DNA of 64,000 bases from Octopus sinensis (GCF_006345805.1 NC_043007.1:71858001-71922000), one strand, 5' to 3'. Counted from the first letter of the stretch, positions 38,390 through 50,607 are shown. The notes: generated by a model from the letters alone, not told the origin. Numbers and translations: made by a program.

Positions 38390-38748
38390 CTATGCACATA
38401 TGTATACATATATACACACGCATACAAACCTATATACATATACATATACACATACATACACACACATATATATACATATATATACACTTACACATACATA
38501 TACATATCTACACATACACATATATGTATACATACACACACTTACATGCATACACGTATACACACATGTATATATACACACACGACCACACATACATATA
38601 CACACAGAAAAATATATATACACATACACACACATACTCACATACACGCATATACACACAAATCCACACACACACATGCGCACACAGCACACTAGTCCCT
38701 ATATACACATATATACACATACACACATATATACACACACATACATAT

Positions 38749-38788
<40 letters not shown>

Positions 38789-39206
38789 GTGTACCTATGC
38801 ATACCTACACATACACACATATATATATACACATACAAATACAGACCCATTCCCTAATTTTAATTTTATTATCTTCGTTTATTACTTTTGTTATCTTTGG
38901 CCGCTTGGTCACAAACATCTTGGCTATGACAGCCAGTCCATTTATCTGTCTACTGGAAAACAAGCACTCATTCACTCACGCACACTCTTTAGCACGTACA
39001 CTCACTCATTCGTACACTCATACACATACACGCACGCACGCGTTATATTCATACATACATACATCTACATACATTCACGTATATACACATATGTACGCGT
39101 ACCTACAGATTCATGTCTACACTCTTAGAAGGCTAGTCTATACATATACACCAATAAATATAAATACACACACATACACGTACACCTACATACAAATACA
39201 TACATG

Positions 39207-39237
<31 letters not shown>

Positions 39238-39443
39238 TCACATATATATACACATATATATATAATATACATATATACATACACATATATACACACATAC
39301 ACACATATACATATATATACACACATACACATACATACATATACACACATACACATACATACGTATACATACATACATACATCCATACATCCATACATAC
39401 ATACATTTATACACATACACACACCCACATACATACATATATA

Positions 39444-39484
<41 letters not shown>

Positions 39485-39818
39485 CATACACACACATACA
39501 TATACATACATACATATACAAATATACGCACACACATACATACATACTCATATACACATACACGCACATACACATGTACATGCGTACCCATACACACACA
39601 TACACACACGCGCGCATCCATATATACACATAAGTACACACATGCGTAAAAGTATACATATATCTATGCTTACACATACACACACACACGCGCCTCCTTA
39701 TATTCATACTTACATGCATACTCAAAAAATAAATAATAAATATTAAGTATATGCACGTGCAGTTACCTATTATATAGACGGATACATACATATAAACTTA
39801 CACACACATATATATATA

Positions 39819-39857
<39 letters not shown>

Positions 39858-40035
39858 TACATACACATATACACATATATATACACATACACATATACAT
39901 ATATATATATATATACACACACACACATACACATATATATATAACATACTTACATACATGTACAAATATATACACACATAGATAACTCTACGTACCTACA
40001 ATACACATATATATATATGTATGTATGTATGTACA
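38390..40035. repeat. Large degenerate CA/TA-rich microsatellite field
   Basis: Direct inspection. The 362-aa His/Ile/Tyr/Thr ORF is an artefact. Confidence 0.9.
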
Positions 40036-40519
40036 TTATGTCAGATCGCTCTTGACTGCTAGTTGTACCATGTACTTCAGTACAACCGGTTTCATGGTCG
40101 GGTCAGCAGCGACTAAACTGGCAGCCACACCAGGCTTGCTTGGTGAGATGGGTGCTTGTCGAACACCTTGTGGGACAAAAAATAAGACCCGTCAAAGGGT
40201 GGAGGAACTACAATGCAGTCAACGGCCATTCAACTATGTATGTTTGTGGGGTGTTTGTGTGTATTGTATGTATTGCATTTCAGCATCTGTGTTCATATTG
40301 TATATTGTTTTGAAATTGTATATATTGTATGTCAATCTTATGTATTCCATATTGTATATTTTATGTATATATTGTATATTTTATGTATATATTGTATATC
40401 AATATTTTTATATATTGTACAATTTTTTATCTATTCTTTTTGTTTGTTCTATATCTATTTTATCCAGCCTATGGCTGTATCTTGCACGGGGACATAGAAA
40501 TAATCATACTGAATACCCG

Positions 40520-43250
40520 ATTGTGTGGTTAAACCATTGGGAGTGAAGGACCCCTAGCCTTTGTTGGGGCATCCTTCTAGGAGAAGGCAACTCAGGTAAC
40601 TGGGATAACTCTGACATAAAACCAGCGGCTCAGTGGTTACTGATGATGTTGACTTGTTCTTCTTTTCAGGTTATGGCTGCTGTTGCTTAGTGAGTGAGAT
40701 TGATTCAGGGCACAGCCTTTCCTCAGTTTAAAAAAAATCTTCTTGCACAGGCATTGCACAATATCAATATTGATTGATTGATTAATTAATTAATTAACTA
40801 ACTGATGATTGTTGATAGTGCTATGAGTCTCAACTGAATGGCTGGCTGTAACTTTAAAAAGCAAACAATCAATGATGTACCAAAACAGTATAAATTTAAA
40901 TAGCAGTAAGGACTCTGGAACCACATCAGATGAAAGAGTCTGGCCTGGCAGGGCGATCCAGAGCTTCACAGTCTGAACCCAGTTGTCATCGTGCTACTGT
41001 GATAGAACCAAAAGAAAATATTGAATATTGGCTGTTGGAATGTATGGACACTACTTGACTGCAAGTCCTCAAAATGCCCTGAATGAAGGACTGCTCTTGT
41101 TGCATACGAGCTTTGATGCTATGATCTTGACATTGTTGCTTTATCTGAGATGAGATTAGTTGGAGATGGTCATCTTACAGGATCTTGTGAAAAATATACA
41201 TTCTTTTGGAAAGGCAGAGATGAAGAGTTTAGAGGAGAGTCTGGAGTGGCATTTGCTGTTAAGACTACTCTTGGGGACAAGTTGGAAAAATTCCCAGTCG
41301 GAATTAGCAAGCATCTTATGTCCATGAGAATTCCTTTGGTTAAACGAAACTATGTGACCTTGGTGAGTGTGTATGCTCTAACTACGTGCTCTATTGATGA
41401 TGAATAAGTTTCTTTCTACCATGTTTTGAAGGGCATTATAAGAAATATCCCTCGGGTAGACAAAGTCATTGTACTCGGTGACTTTAATGCAAGAGTGGGT
41501 AGGAATTTTAACACATGGACTGTAATTGGAAAGCATGGGGTGACAAAGTGTAATAGTAATGGTATGCTTCTGCTGCAGATGTGCGATACCATGTTTCAAC
41601 AAAAGAATAAGTTTAAGACCACACATGTACCCTGCATCTAAAGACTGGCACATTCTGGATTACATCCTTGTTAGGGTGCGTGACAGATGAGATATACAGT
41701 GTGTTCATGCTCTTCGTGGGGCTGAGTGTTGGACTGACCACTGCCTGATACGTGCAAAAGTGAAATTAATCCCAAAATGTAAAATCCGGACTGCAGATAA
41801 TACCCTATTGACTACGTTCCGATGGTGCTTTTTACAATTATATATTTTTAGAATGCCATTACAAGGTAGGTGTGAGAGGCAAGATCTGGCCAGTTTGAAC
41901 ATAAAACAAGTAGAATATTTGGGCAGGATATGGCTGGTTTAAATGCTAAAGGGTTAAAACCAAAACAATTGTCTGAATGACAAAGGTATGTGACTTCTTG
42001 CTCACTGCTGCAGCTGATCTTGTTGTGACATCTATTAATGAAGCACAGGAGATTGTTACTCTTTACTCTAATATGAGTAATACTCTGTCTTACCATTAGC
42101 ATTAGAGTGGAGGTGCATAGCTTAGTGGTTAGGGTGTTGGACTCGTGATTGTAAGATTGTGGTTTCAATTCCTGGACTGGATGATGTGTTGTGTTCTTGA
42201 GCAAAAACATTTCATTTCACGTTGCTCCACTCCACTCAGCTGACAAAGATGAGTAATGCTGTGGTTTACCAACCACCTGGTTCTGGGTTCAGTCCCACTG
42301 CGTGGCACCTTGGGCAAGTGTCTTCTACTATAGCCTCGGGCCAACCAAAGCCTTGTGAGTGAATTTGGTAGACGGAAACTGAAAGAAGCCTGTCGCATAT
42401 ATGTATATATATATATATATATATGCATGTGTGTGTTTGTGCGTCTGTGTTTGTCCCCCTAGCATTGCTTGACAACTGATGCTGGTGTGTTTATGTCCCC
42501 GTTACTTAGCGGTTCGGCAAAAGAGACCAATAGAATAAGTACTGGGCTTACAAAAGAATAAGTCTCAGGGTTGAGTTGCTTGATTAAAGGCGGTGCTCCA
42601 GCATGGCCGCAGTCAAATGACTGAAACAAGCAAAAGAGTAAAAGAGTAAAAGAGACTGGTGTCCTATCCTTGTGGAGAATTTACATGCCATGGAAACTGG
42701 CCTTTATGACTCAGGAAGAAACTTTACTTTACTATCAGCATTAGAAAGAATTTTCTTAAATACCAAAATATATAAAAGTTATGATGGATTAAATGGGGTG
42801 CTTAAAGCAGATTTCCACCCAAAAATTATAGTCCTTTCTTCTCTCCTGTATGGATCAAAATCTTGGGTACCCTATTGATCACATATGAACAAGCTTGATG
42901 TCTTTCATCAGATCTGTCTTTGGAACATTTGTGGATACAACCTGAATGACAGAATTTTGAATACTGAACTATACTCTAAATGTGAAATTGGCGGCATTGA
43001 CTCTTTTCTTTTGTGATCTCAATTAAGATGGATTGATCATGTAATGTATAGCTAGCTCTATGATGGAAGGAGAAACATAGCAAAAACCATGGCTAAGGAA
43101 GAAGGATAAGTTCAAAATTAACCTGAAAATGACAAAGATTCCCCCAGAAACATTTGGAAAAAACTGCATTGATTCTCAACAAATGGAAGTTAACTTGCTA
43201 TAATTACAGAATAAACTTATGAATTAAGCTGTTTCAATAATCTAAAAGAA
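40520..43250 (+). mobile_element. RTE-clade LINE, decayed and interrupted (AP endonuclease plus RT C-terminus; RT core absent)
   Basis: 41030-41775 reads NIGCWNV...DIVALSEMR...GVAFAV...SVYA...VLGDFNARVG...LDYILV...TDHCLI. 42820-43050 reads LLYGSKSW...LRWIDHV. Confidence 0.85.
42105..42654 (+). mobile_element. tRNA-SINE head (42105-42255) followed by a 5'-truncated SINE family A (42266-42654)
   Basis: Two distinct SINE segments in tandem inside the RTE element. Confidence 0.8.
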
Positions 43251-43414
43251 CTATTTTGTTTAACAGTCTTCTCTTATGGCCAATTCATGAACTTGTCTGT
43301 TGTCTGTGAATCATTGGCTGGCTTAAAGTCTCATGAGAGACGTCAGAAGTTAAAAGAAAAGAAAAAGCCATTTGATCCTTATATATTGGAATCAGCAAGA
43401 GAAACCATCAGATG

Positions 43415-43442
43415 CATATATTACATGTATACAGATATACAT

Positions 43443-43476
<34 letters not shown>

Positions 43477-43630
43477 CTACATACACACATATACATACAT
43501 ACATACATACATGCATACATACATACATACATACATACATACATACATACATACATACATACATACATACATACACACACACATACATACATACATACAT
43601 ACATACACTCATACATATTTATAGATATAT
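43415..43630. repeat. (CA)n/(CATA)n microsatellite
   Basis: Direct inspection. Confidence 0.9.
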
Positions 43631-43910
43631 ATAATCACCACTACACTGTTATTGTCTCTGAAGAAAATATTCTTTGTGATGAAGTATTGACTCCATAGGC
43701 CTACAATAGAAATTATAAAAGCTAGTTAGGGTCTGGCATTTGTAATAACTTGAGCTATGTTACATTTTATGAGGAACTTCAGGAAGATAAGATTAAGAAG
43801 GAGAGAAACAAATTTCAAAGTTTGGTGTATATATTCATTCAACCCATTTCAAATTATCGAAATTCTCCACAGTATACAATATACATAGATGCATTCACAT
43901 ATATGAGATA

Positions 43911-44243
43911 TTCTTTTATTCTTTTACTTGTTTCAGTCATTTGACTGCAGCCATGCTGGAGCACTGCCTTTAGTCGAATCAAATCGACCCCAGGACTTAT
44001 TCTTTGTATGCCTAGTACTTATTCTATCGGTCTCTTTTGCTGAACTGCTAGATTACGGGGACCTAAACACACCAGCATCGGTTGTCAAGCAATGTTGGGG
44101 GCGACAAACACAGATACACAACAAATACACACATATATACATATATATCTATATACATATATACGACGGGCTTCTTTCAGTTTCCGTCTTCCAAATCCAC
44201 TCACAAGGCTTTGGTCGGCCCGAGGCTATAGTAGAAGACACTT
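43911..44243 (-). mobile_element. SINE family A, 5'-truncated
   Basis: Family A body and tail. Confidence 0.88.
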
Positions 44244-44363
44244 ATATGATAAAAATTTATAAGAATTTATAAATACATATACATACGAAGATTTATAAAT
44301 ATATAAAATTCATAAATATATAACAATTTACAAACACATAAAAATTCATAATTCATAAACATA

Positions 44364-44765
44364 GACGCAGGAGTGGCTGTGTGGTTATTAGCTTGCTTAC
44401 CAACCACATGGTTCCGGGTTCAGTCCCACTGCGTGGCACCTTGGGCAAATGTCTTCTACTATAGCCTCAGGCCGACCAAAGCCTTGTGAGTGGATTTGGT
44501 AGATGGAACTGGAAGAAGCCTGTTGTATATATGTATATATGTATGTATGTATATGTTTGTGTCTGTGTTTGTCCCCCCACCATTGCTTGACAACTGATGG
44601 TGGTGTGTTTAGGTCCCGTAACTTAGCGGTTCAGCAAAAGAAACTGATAGAATAAGTACTAGGCTTACAAAGAATAAGTCCTGGGGTCGATTTACTCGAC
44701 TAGAAGGCGGTGCTCCAGCATGGCCGCAGTCAAATGACTTAAACAAGTAAAAGAGTAAAAGAGTA
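44364..44765 (+). mobile_element. SINE family A, full length
   Basis: Family A head to GAGTAAAAGAG tail. Confidence 0.92.
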
Positions 44766-44880
44766 TATAAACACACATATATAAATACATAGGTGTACTT
44801 GTGAAGTCTGAATGTCTGTATTAGAATCAATGAGGAGCGTAGATAAGAGAGTTAGTATAAAATGATTCATGAAGAATCAA

Positions 44881-44970
44881 AATCTTACGGCTGTTTCAAG
44901 AAGATATAGGTTGAAATGGGCGAGCTAACTCCAACCATAGCAGTTATCTATACTTCTCTCATCAGAGTTA
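44881..44970 (-). ncRNA. Type I hammerhead ribozyme with long stem II, at the 3' end of PLE 2
   Basis: AACT-CTGATGA-GAGAAG TATAG...CTATA T CTTCTT-GAAA-C AGCC G-TA-AGATT. Core intact; stem I weak. Confidence 0.65.
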
Positions 44971-46276
44971 AGGGATTCAAAGAGTTGAAATTTTAAGAGA
45001 TATGAGAGGTTTGAGAATTTTTTGAAAAATGAATGTTTAGTCGAACCATACTCTACATGTAGATGATACAATTAAAATTAAAATTACAGGTTAAGGTACA
45101 TTACGATGCTATATATAAAGGTATTTTAAGAAGAGTCCATAATATAAAGGACGGCTAGATTAGGATCCTATAGGCTAATTATTTTGGGTGAAGAATTTAA
45201 AAGTTGAAAAATATTTGTGTCTAAGGTAATTATGATGTCAGATGTCTTATTAAGTAAGCTATTTTGGTTGGCACGGATTATGTGGATTGCCTCCTTTGTG
45301 CATAAATTGCAATTTTTCATGTATGTATTATATAGTGTGGATTCCATTATTATAGACCAATCTAGACCAAAGTCTTTATTGTGCATTTTTAATTTATTGA
45401 TGTGGGTAGCTAGTGTGGTTGAATTTTTAGTTTTGTGGTTAGTGAATGAGTATGTATGGACTCTATATCTAATTTTAAAATCAATTGTACTACCTGTGTA
45501 AACCTTTTTAGGTTCATTAAGGGTTGAGACTTAAACTTTATATATGACATTTCTTAAACAGAAACCTTTTAGAGGACAAAGCTCCCTATTATGACAATTA
45601 CATGTTTTATTTCCAGGTTTAGTCTTTCTATTTTTAATATTAGGGTTCTTATTATTGTTCTTCATATTAAGGTCAGCTAAGTTATCTCTATTTGTGTCGT
45701 TATTTCTAAGTTTATAGCTATTGTTGGCTGCGATAATAGATCCTAGATTGGGTGTGGTTGAGTAAGATAATTTAAGGCAGGATCTATTAAATATAGAGTG
45801 ATATTTATGACCTAGTAGGAAGTTCCTATTGTTAATGCTAAAAAATAACTTAGGGAGGTTTCTTACCTGGAGGGAAAAGTGGGGTGTGAACCATATAATT
45901 TCCCTTCTTCTCCCTGTGGATATCCAAAGTGGGAGGCTCATGTTTCTTTTAACATAAGGGATAATTCTACTAATGATAGACTTACTAATTCTGCCCAAAT
46001 CTGATTTGGTTGGGAAGATTAGCCTAATGCTAGGTCTGCTCTCGAAGTTAGCTTTGTGGTCCTTAAAAGTGAAATGTAGAATTTTAGGGGCATAGGGTTC
46101 AGTTCTATCTGGCAGTTTTAGCTTGTTAATTAAATCGAAATGTTCCTTATTATTTTCATTCAGTCTATTATTGGCCACTATTATATATTTAGAGCTCAAT
46201 TCCTTCAAGATAAAGGTATTATAGGCATCGATGGGTAGTAAATATAAGTTTCCTGTTTTATCAGAAAGAACATGTA

Positions 46277-46677
46277 TCTTTTATCTTTATCTTTTACTTG
46301 TTTCAGTCATTTGACTGTGGCCATGCTGGAGCACTGCCTTTAGTCGAGCAAATCGACCCCGGGACTTATTCCTTGTAAGCCTAGTACTTATTCTATCAGT
46401 CTCTTTTGCCGAACCACTAAGTAACAGGGACGTAAACATACCAGCATCGGTTGTCAAGCAATGCTAGGGGGACAAACACAGACACACATACACATATATA
46501 TATATACATATATACGACAGGCTTCTTTCAGTTTCCGTCTACCAAATCCACTCACAAGGTATTGGTCGGCCCGGAGCTATAGCAGAAGACACTTGCCCAA
46601 GATGCCACGCAGTGGGACTGAACCCGGAACCATGTGGCTGGTAAGCAAGCTACTTACCACACAGCCACTCCTGCGCC
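46277..46677 (-). mobile_element. SINE family A, full length, inserted in PLE 2
   Basis: Removing it rejoins the PLE frame (...KKFDN-IHVLSDKTGNLY...). Confidence 0.92.
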
Positions 46678-47143
46678 TATGTTATCAAATTTTTTTATTT
46701 GAGAGATAATGTCAGTTAATTTCTTCTGGATGTGGTTTGTAGATCTTGAGAATTTCAGTTTTGTCACCATGTTGATGAGGTCTTTTTCTAGTTTCAGTTG
46801 TGTGGGATTGTGAGGGGGTGTTTCTGTAGGTTTTCATGTTATAATTATCCAATTTGTTAATCAAGTGTTTCCCCACCTGAGTCATAATAAAATGCTTTCC
46901 ATCTTAACCTTTTGATGAATTCACTGATTCTCTGCAATAGCAGAGAGGGAAACAGAAAAGAAAAGTGATTTCAAATATAAAATTTTTTAGCATTTGTGTT
47001 TGTTACTTTGCAAGGTTATTGATATTTCAAGAAATTTGATAGGACAGGATTGAGTTTCAGTGTTGTCAAATGTCACTGATTGCTAGTTTATAATTGTTGT
47101 AATACAATTTTCTTCAGTTCTATATTTAAGAGATATTATGTAC

Positions 47144-47270
47144 ATTATTTACATTTGACCGATATTTGTCCTCATTTTGTTTGTTGTTAACATGCCCATG
47201 GGCATATGATGTAGTGGTTAAGAGTGCAGGCTACTAACCCCAAGATTCCAAGTTCGATTCCAGGCAGTGA

Positions 47271-47315
<45 letters not shown>

Positions 47316-47455
47316 CATCAAAAAATACTTCAGGAATGAGAACCCAGGTTTGAAATTTCCCCAAGACACTTGATGAAGGCTGGAGGGTACATCAGCTGAA
47401 ACTGTGTGTCAACAACAAACAAGATGAGGATAAATATCCGTCAAATGTAAATAAT
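47144..47455 (+). mobile_element. tRNA-head + (AAT)n + HHR-like element flanked by 49-bp inverted repeats
   Basis: A box GTAGTGGTTAA and B box GTTCGATTCC; GACAC-TTGATGA-A-GGCTG...CAGCT-GAAA-CTGT-GTGTC; inverted repeats 47144-47192 and 47407-47455 (45/49 identical). Confidence 0.75.
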
Positions 47456-47695
47456 CGGTGGTGCACCAGCATGGCCACGGCCTTCGGGCTAAAACATTTT
47501 TAAGGATTTAAGGAATGTATATATTTTCTTATTTTTGTAGTCATCTAATATTTGTAGCAAGAAACTATCAAATAAGGGTTTTAAAATTTGGCAGAAGGCC
47601 AGCAATTTCAGAGGAAGGGGTTAGTCCAGAGATGTGGCTTTCCAGGCCACCAAGTGCGGCTGTCTGCAGCCAGTGGTATATTTTCTTTCTTTTTT

Positions 47696-47807
47696 GACAT
47701 TGAATATTTTTTGACATTGAATATTTTTTGACATTGAATATTTTTTGACATTGAATATTTTTTGACATTGAATATTTTTTGACATTGAATATTTTTTGAC
47801 ATTGAAT
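47696..47807. repeat. 17-bp minisatellite, about 7 copies
   Basis: GACATTGAATATTTTTT starting at 47696, 47713, 47730, 47747, 47764, 47781 and (partial) 47798. Confidence 0.95.
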
Positions 47808-48658
47808 CATTATACGTCCTAAACTTACAATACAAGCACACATAGATGAAAGGAAAGTTAATTGTGTTTAGTGATGTCACTCCAAGAGATTGGAATCATT
47901 TTATTTTTTAATCCAATGAATTTAAACTCAAAGAAACAGGTATATAGAGGTAATATTTCCTTGTCAGTTACACCAGCCTAGTAGGAGTAAGTGACTTCAT
48001 GTACGATACACAAAGAGTTCCTGTCTCATCTACCTTTTCATTGTGATCTGCACTACATATTTTACTTAGTAATTGCATAGTCATGGCCAACTTCATACTG
48101 GCTTGTTTTGTGTGACTGAGTTAGTTATAGCCTTATTTGAAACTGTTAATCCATCAGTGCATGCATTAATTTTACAGACTTGCTTTTTATCATTGAGCCT
48201 TGATAAGTGATACATTGATCGTATTCATTGCTACTCTGTTAAGCTTGCTGCATACATCTTCAGACAAAACAGTCTTAAACAAAACACTATCAACCAGTGT
48301 CAGAAACCATGTTCTTGGAATCTTGGTCATATCTTGGACACAAAATAATTGTCATTATTTTGTGAGATTGGAAACTGACGATATTTGACATTATTTCTGC
48401 AACAATTAGGTAATGATAAATAATAGTACTAATTACAGAAAAAAATTATAGCTAATCTAAATGTTGTTCAGTCTCAAATGGTAGTAACAATTGCTAAAGT
48501 CAAAACCAAAAACATGGTTTTTGGATGCAACTTTATCATGTCTTGTCTAAAACTGTTTTATTTGGTTCAGTTTGTGGCTGGTTTTACTTATTCATTATTA
48601 AACTTTCTTTTTTTTTACGGTTTTTAAGAATAAATACATGTCTTTTTAAACCATAATT

Positions 48659-49020
48659 ATGTCAAAAAAATTAAAATGAACTTTGAAAGAAGAAAACAGG
48701 ATCTTCAATGAAGAATGGAAATTGCATTATTTTTTAGTAAATAGTTGAGGCAAAATGTCTTGCTTGTTTTGTGATATCACAATTGTAATGGTTAAGAAAT
48801 TCAATGCACAGCAACATTATGCTCTTCATAAAGAGTCTTGAAAACGGAGACAATTTTTCCAATTTGTGTTGCATCAAGGAAATGCTATGATGGAAGCCAG
48901 CTATAAAGTTTCATACTTGCTTGGAAAAAAAGGTAAGCCATTCAGCAATCCAGAACTCATAAAGGAATGTATTTTAGAAGTGGTAGGATGTATAGATCCC
49001 GATAAAATTAACAAATATAA
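48659..49020 (+). mobile_element. hAT (SPIN/Charlie/GTF2IRD2-like) transposase N-terminal remnant
   Basis: EENRIFNEEWKLHYFLV...SCLFCD...KKFNAQQHY ... EASYKVSYLLGKKGKPFS...LIKECI. Confidence 0.75.
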
Positions 49021-49023
49021 ATA

Positions 49024-49409
49024 GGCACAGGAGTGGCTGTGTGGTAAGTAGCTTGCTTACCAACCACATGGTTCTGGGTTCAGTCCCACTGCATGGCACC
49101 TTGGGCAAGTGTCTTCTACTATAGCCTCGGGCCGGCCAAAGCCTTGTGAGTGGACTTGGTAGATGAAAACTGAAAGAAGCCCATCGTATATATGTTTATA
49201 TAAGTATGTGTGTGTATATGTTTGTGTGTCTGTGTTTGTCCGCCCCCAACATCCCTTGACAACCGATGATGGTGTGTTTACATCCCCATAACTTAGCAGT
49301 TCGGCAAAAGAGACCGATAGAATAAGTACTAGGCTTACAAAGAATAAGTCCTGGGGGTCGATTTTCTCGACTAAAGGCAGTACTCCAGCATGGCTGCAGT
49401 CGAATGACT
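49024..49409 (+). mobile_element. SINE family A
   Basis: Family A head and body; it abuts the truncated end of the hAT remnant. Confidence 0.9.
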
Positions 49410-50327
49410 TTGTTCGTTGTCATCAAGGATTCCTTTAAACCAGGACTGAGTTGCAACCAAAGAAACTTGCCTGTTTAAAGGGCTTGTTGTCTTTGCATTC
49501 TGTGTGCACCTCTGGCATGTTTGTGATTATATATTGGCTGGCTACTTGTTTGTATGGTGAAAGTTGAGGATATTGTGTTTGTGGTACATGTTTGGAGAAG
49601 CACATTGAAGATGAAATAAATCAGCAACCAAGAATCCTTTATTCGTCTATCTTCGCTTGAATCTTCTGGAATCTCTATGGTGATTCTGGTTTGTTTTTGC
49701 TTTTAAAACTCTTATTTATATGAAACATGATAGAACATTCTATGATATGAGGTGATATTTCTGCAAGATGATTTGTTGTTCAGGGAACACTGCCTGATCT
49801 GAGTGCAGTCAGATTCTAGTTACTAAAGCTGTAAGGTTTCAGTTCTAGGTTTCACTACACAAAAAAAAAAAAGAACTACACAAGAGAACAGGTGTTACAT
49901 GTGTTTCACAAAACAGGTGTGTAGAAACATATTTGTATTAATGAGTGAATATAGTTTTAGTTTGTCATCATCTTTTAAACAATAATCTGCTGAAGTGGTC
50001 TCGCCTTCTTGGGGTTCCACTTCTGTCATCTGTGTAACTTCAGTAGCCATATTGTTATCATCAATTATCAACCTCCACATTGAAAGTAGGAACTAACAGA
50101 TCTTTTGAGAGTTCCACCTCATGAACCAGAACAGACTGAGCACTTTCTCTGTCTGGATTGAAAATAGGTAACAAGTTTTCAAGTAGGTTCCACATTTGAT
50201 ACAGATGTCTTGTGCTTACTTAATGAAAATTAGCTGGCAATTTCTGATGACAATATTTTTATAACGGAGATGTACCTGCATAGCAAGTGATTTGATCTAA
50301 GATCATATGCTGAAACAAAAATAATTA

Positions 50328-50607
50328 CAGTGTGGAAGGTGTTTGTTTGTAAGCCATTTAAGAAATACACAAAAGCCATTCAATTCACTTCAACATTTAA
50401 GTTTAATTTGTCAAAATATTTTCGTCGCTTTAAGACCACGACCTGTTCACTGACAAAAATCCGTGAGATGCAGCACGGATTTTTGTCAGTGAACAGGTCG
50501 TGGTCTTAAAGCGACGAAAATATTTTGACAAATTAAACTTAAATGTTGAAGTGAATCGAACGGCTTTTGTGTGTTTCTTAAATGGCTTACAAACACCTTC
50601 CACACTG
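50328..50607. mobile_element. Fully palindromic MITE (Tc1/mariner-type CAGTG ends)
   Basis: Arms of about 135 bp around an 8-nt loop AGATGCAG; the inner 83 bp match perfectly; TA on the left flank. Confidence 0.85.

Larger units (their letters stand above)
44820..47050 (-). mobile_element. Penelope-like element 2 (N-terminus, internally deleted RT, GIY-YIG, 3' HHR), interrupted by a SINE
   Basis: EFIKRLRWKAF; SDKTGNLY; FTFKDHKANF...IRLIFPTKSDLGRISK; IIWFTPHFS...KLSYSTTPNLGSII; CNCHNRELCPLKGFCL; KVYTGST.DFKIRY..H...CNLCTKEAIHI...LLNK. Confidence 0.9.

Noticed and set aside
38392-39480. 362-aa ORF and the many other Y/I/H/T/M/C/V-rich ORFs
   Set aside because: They are translations of (TA)n, (CA)n and (TACA)n microsatellites, which lack stops in some frames.
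40060-40110. Possible HHR (CTGCTGA...GAAACCGGTT) on the minus strand
   Set aside because: A6 is mutated and I could not form stem I or stem II.
47830-48420. Possible hAT/TTF-zinc-finger or piggyBac transposase relic on the minus strand
   Set aside because: Only scattered short resemblances in different frames; I could not assign it.
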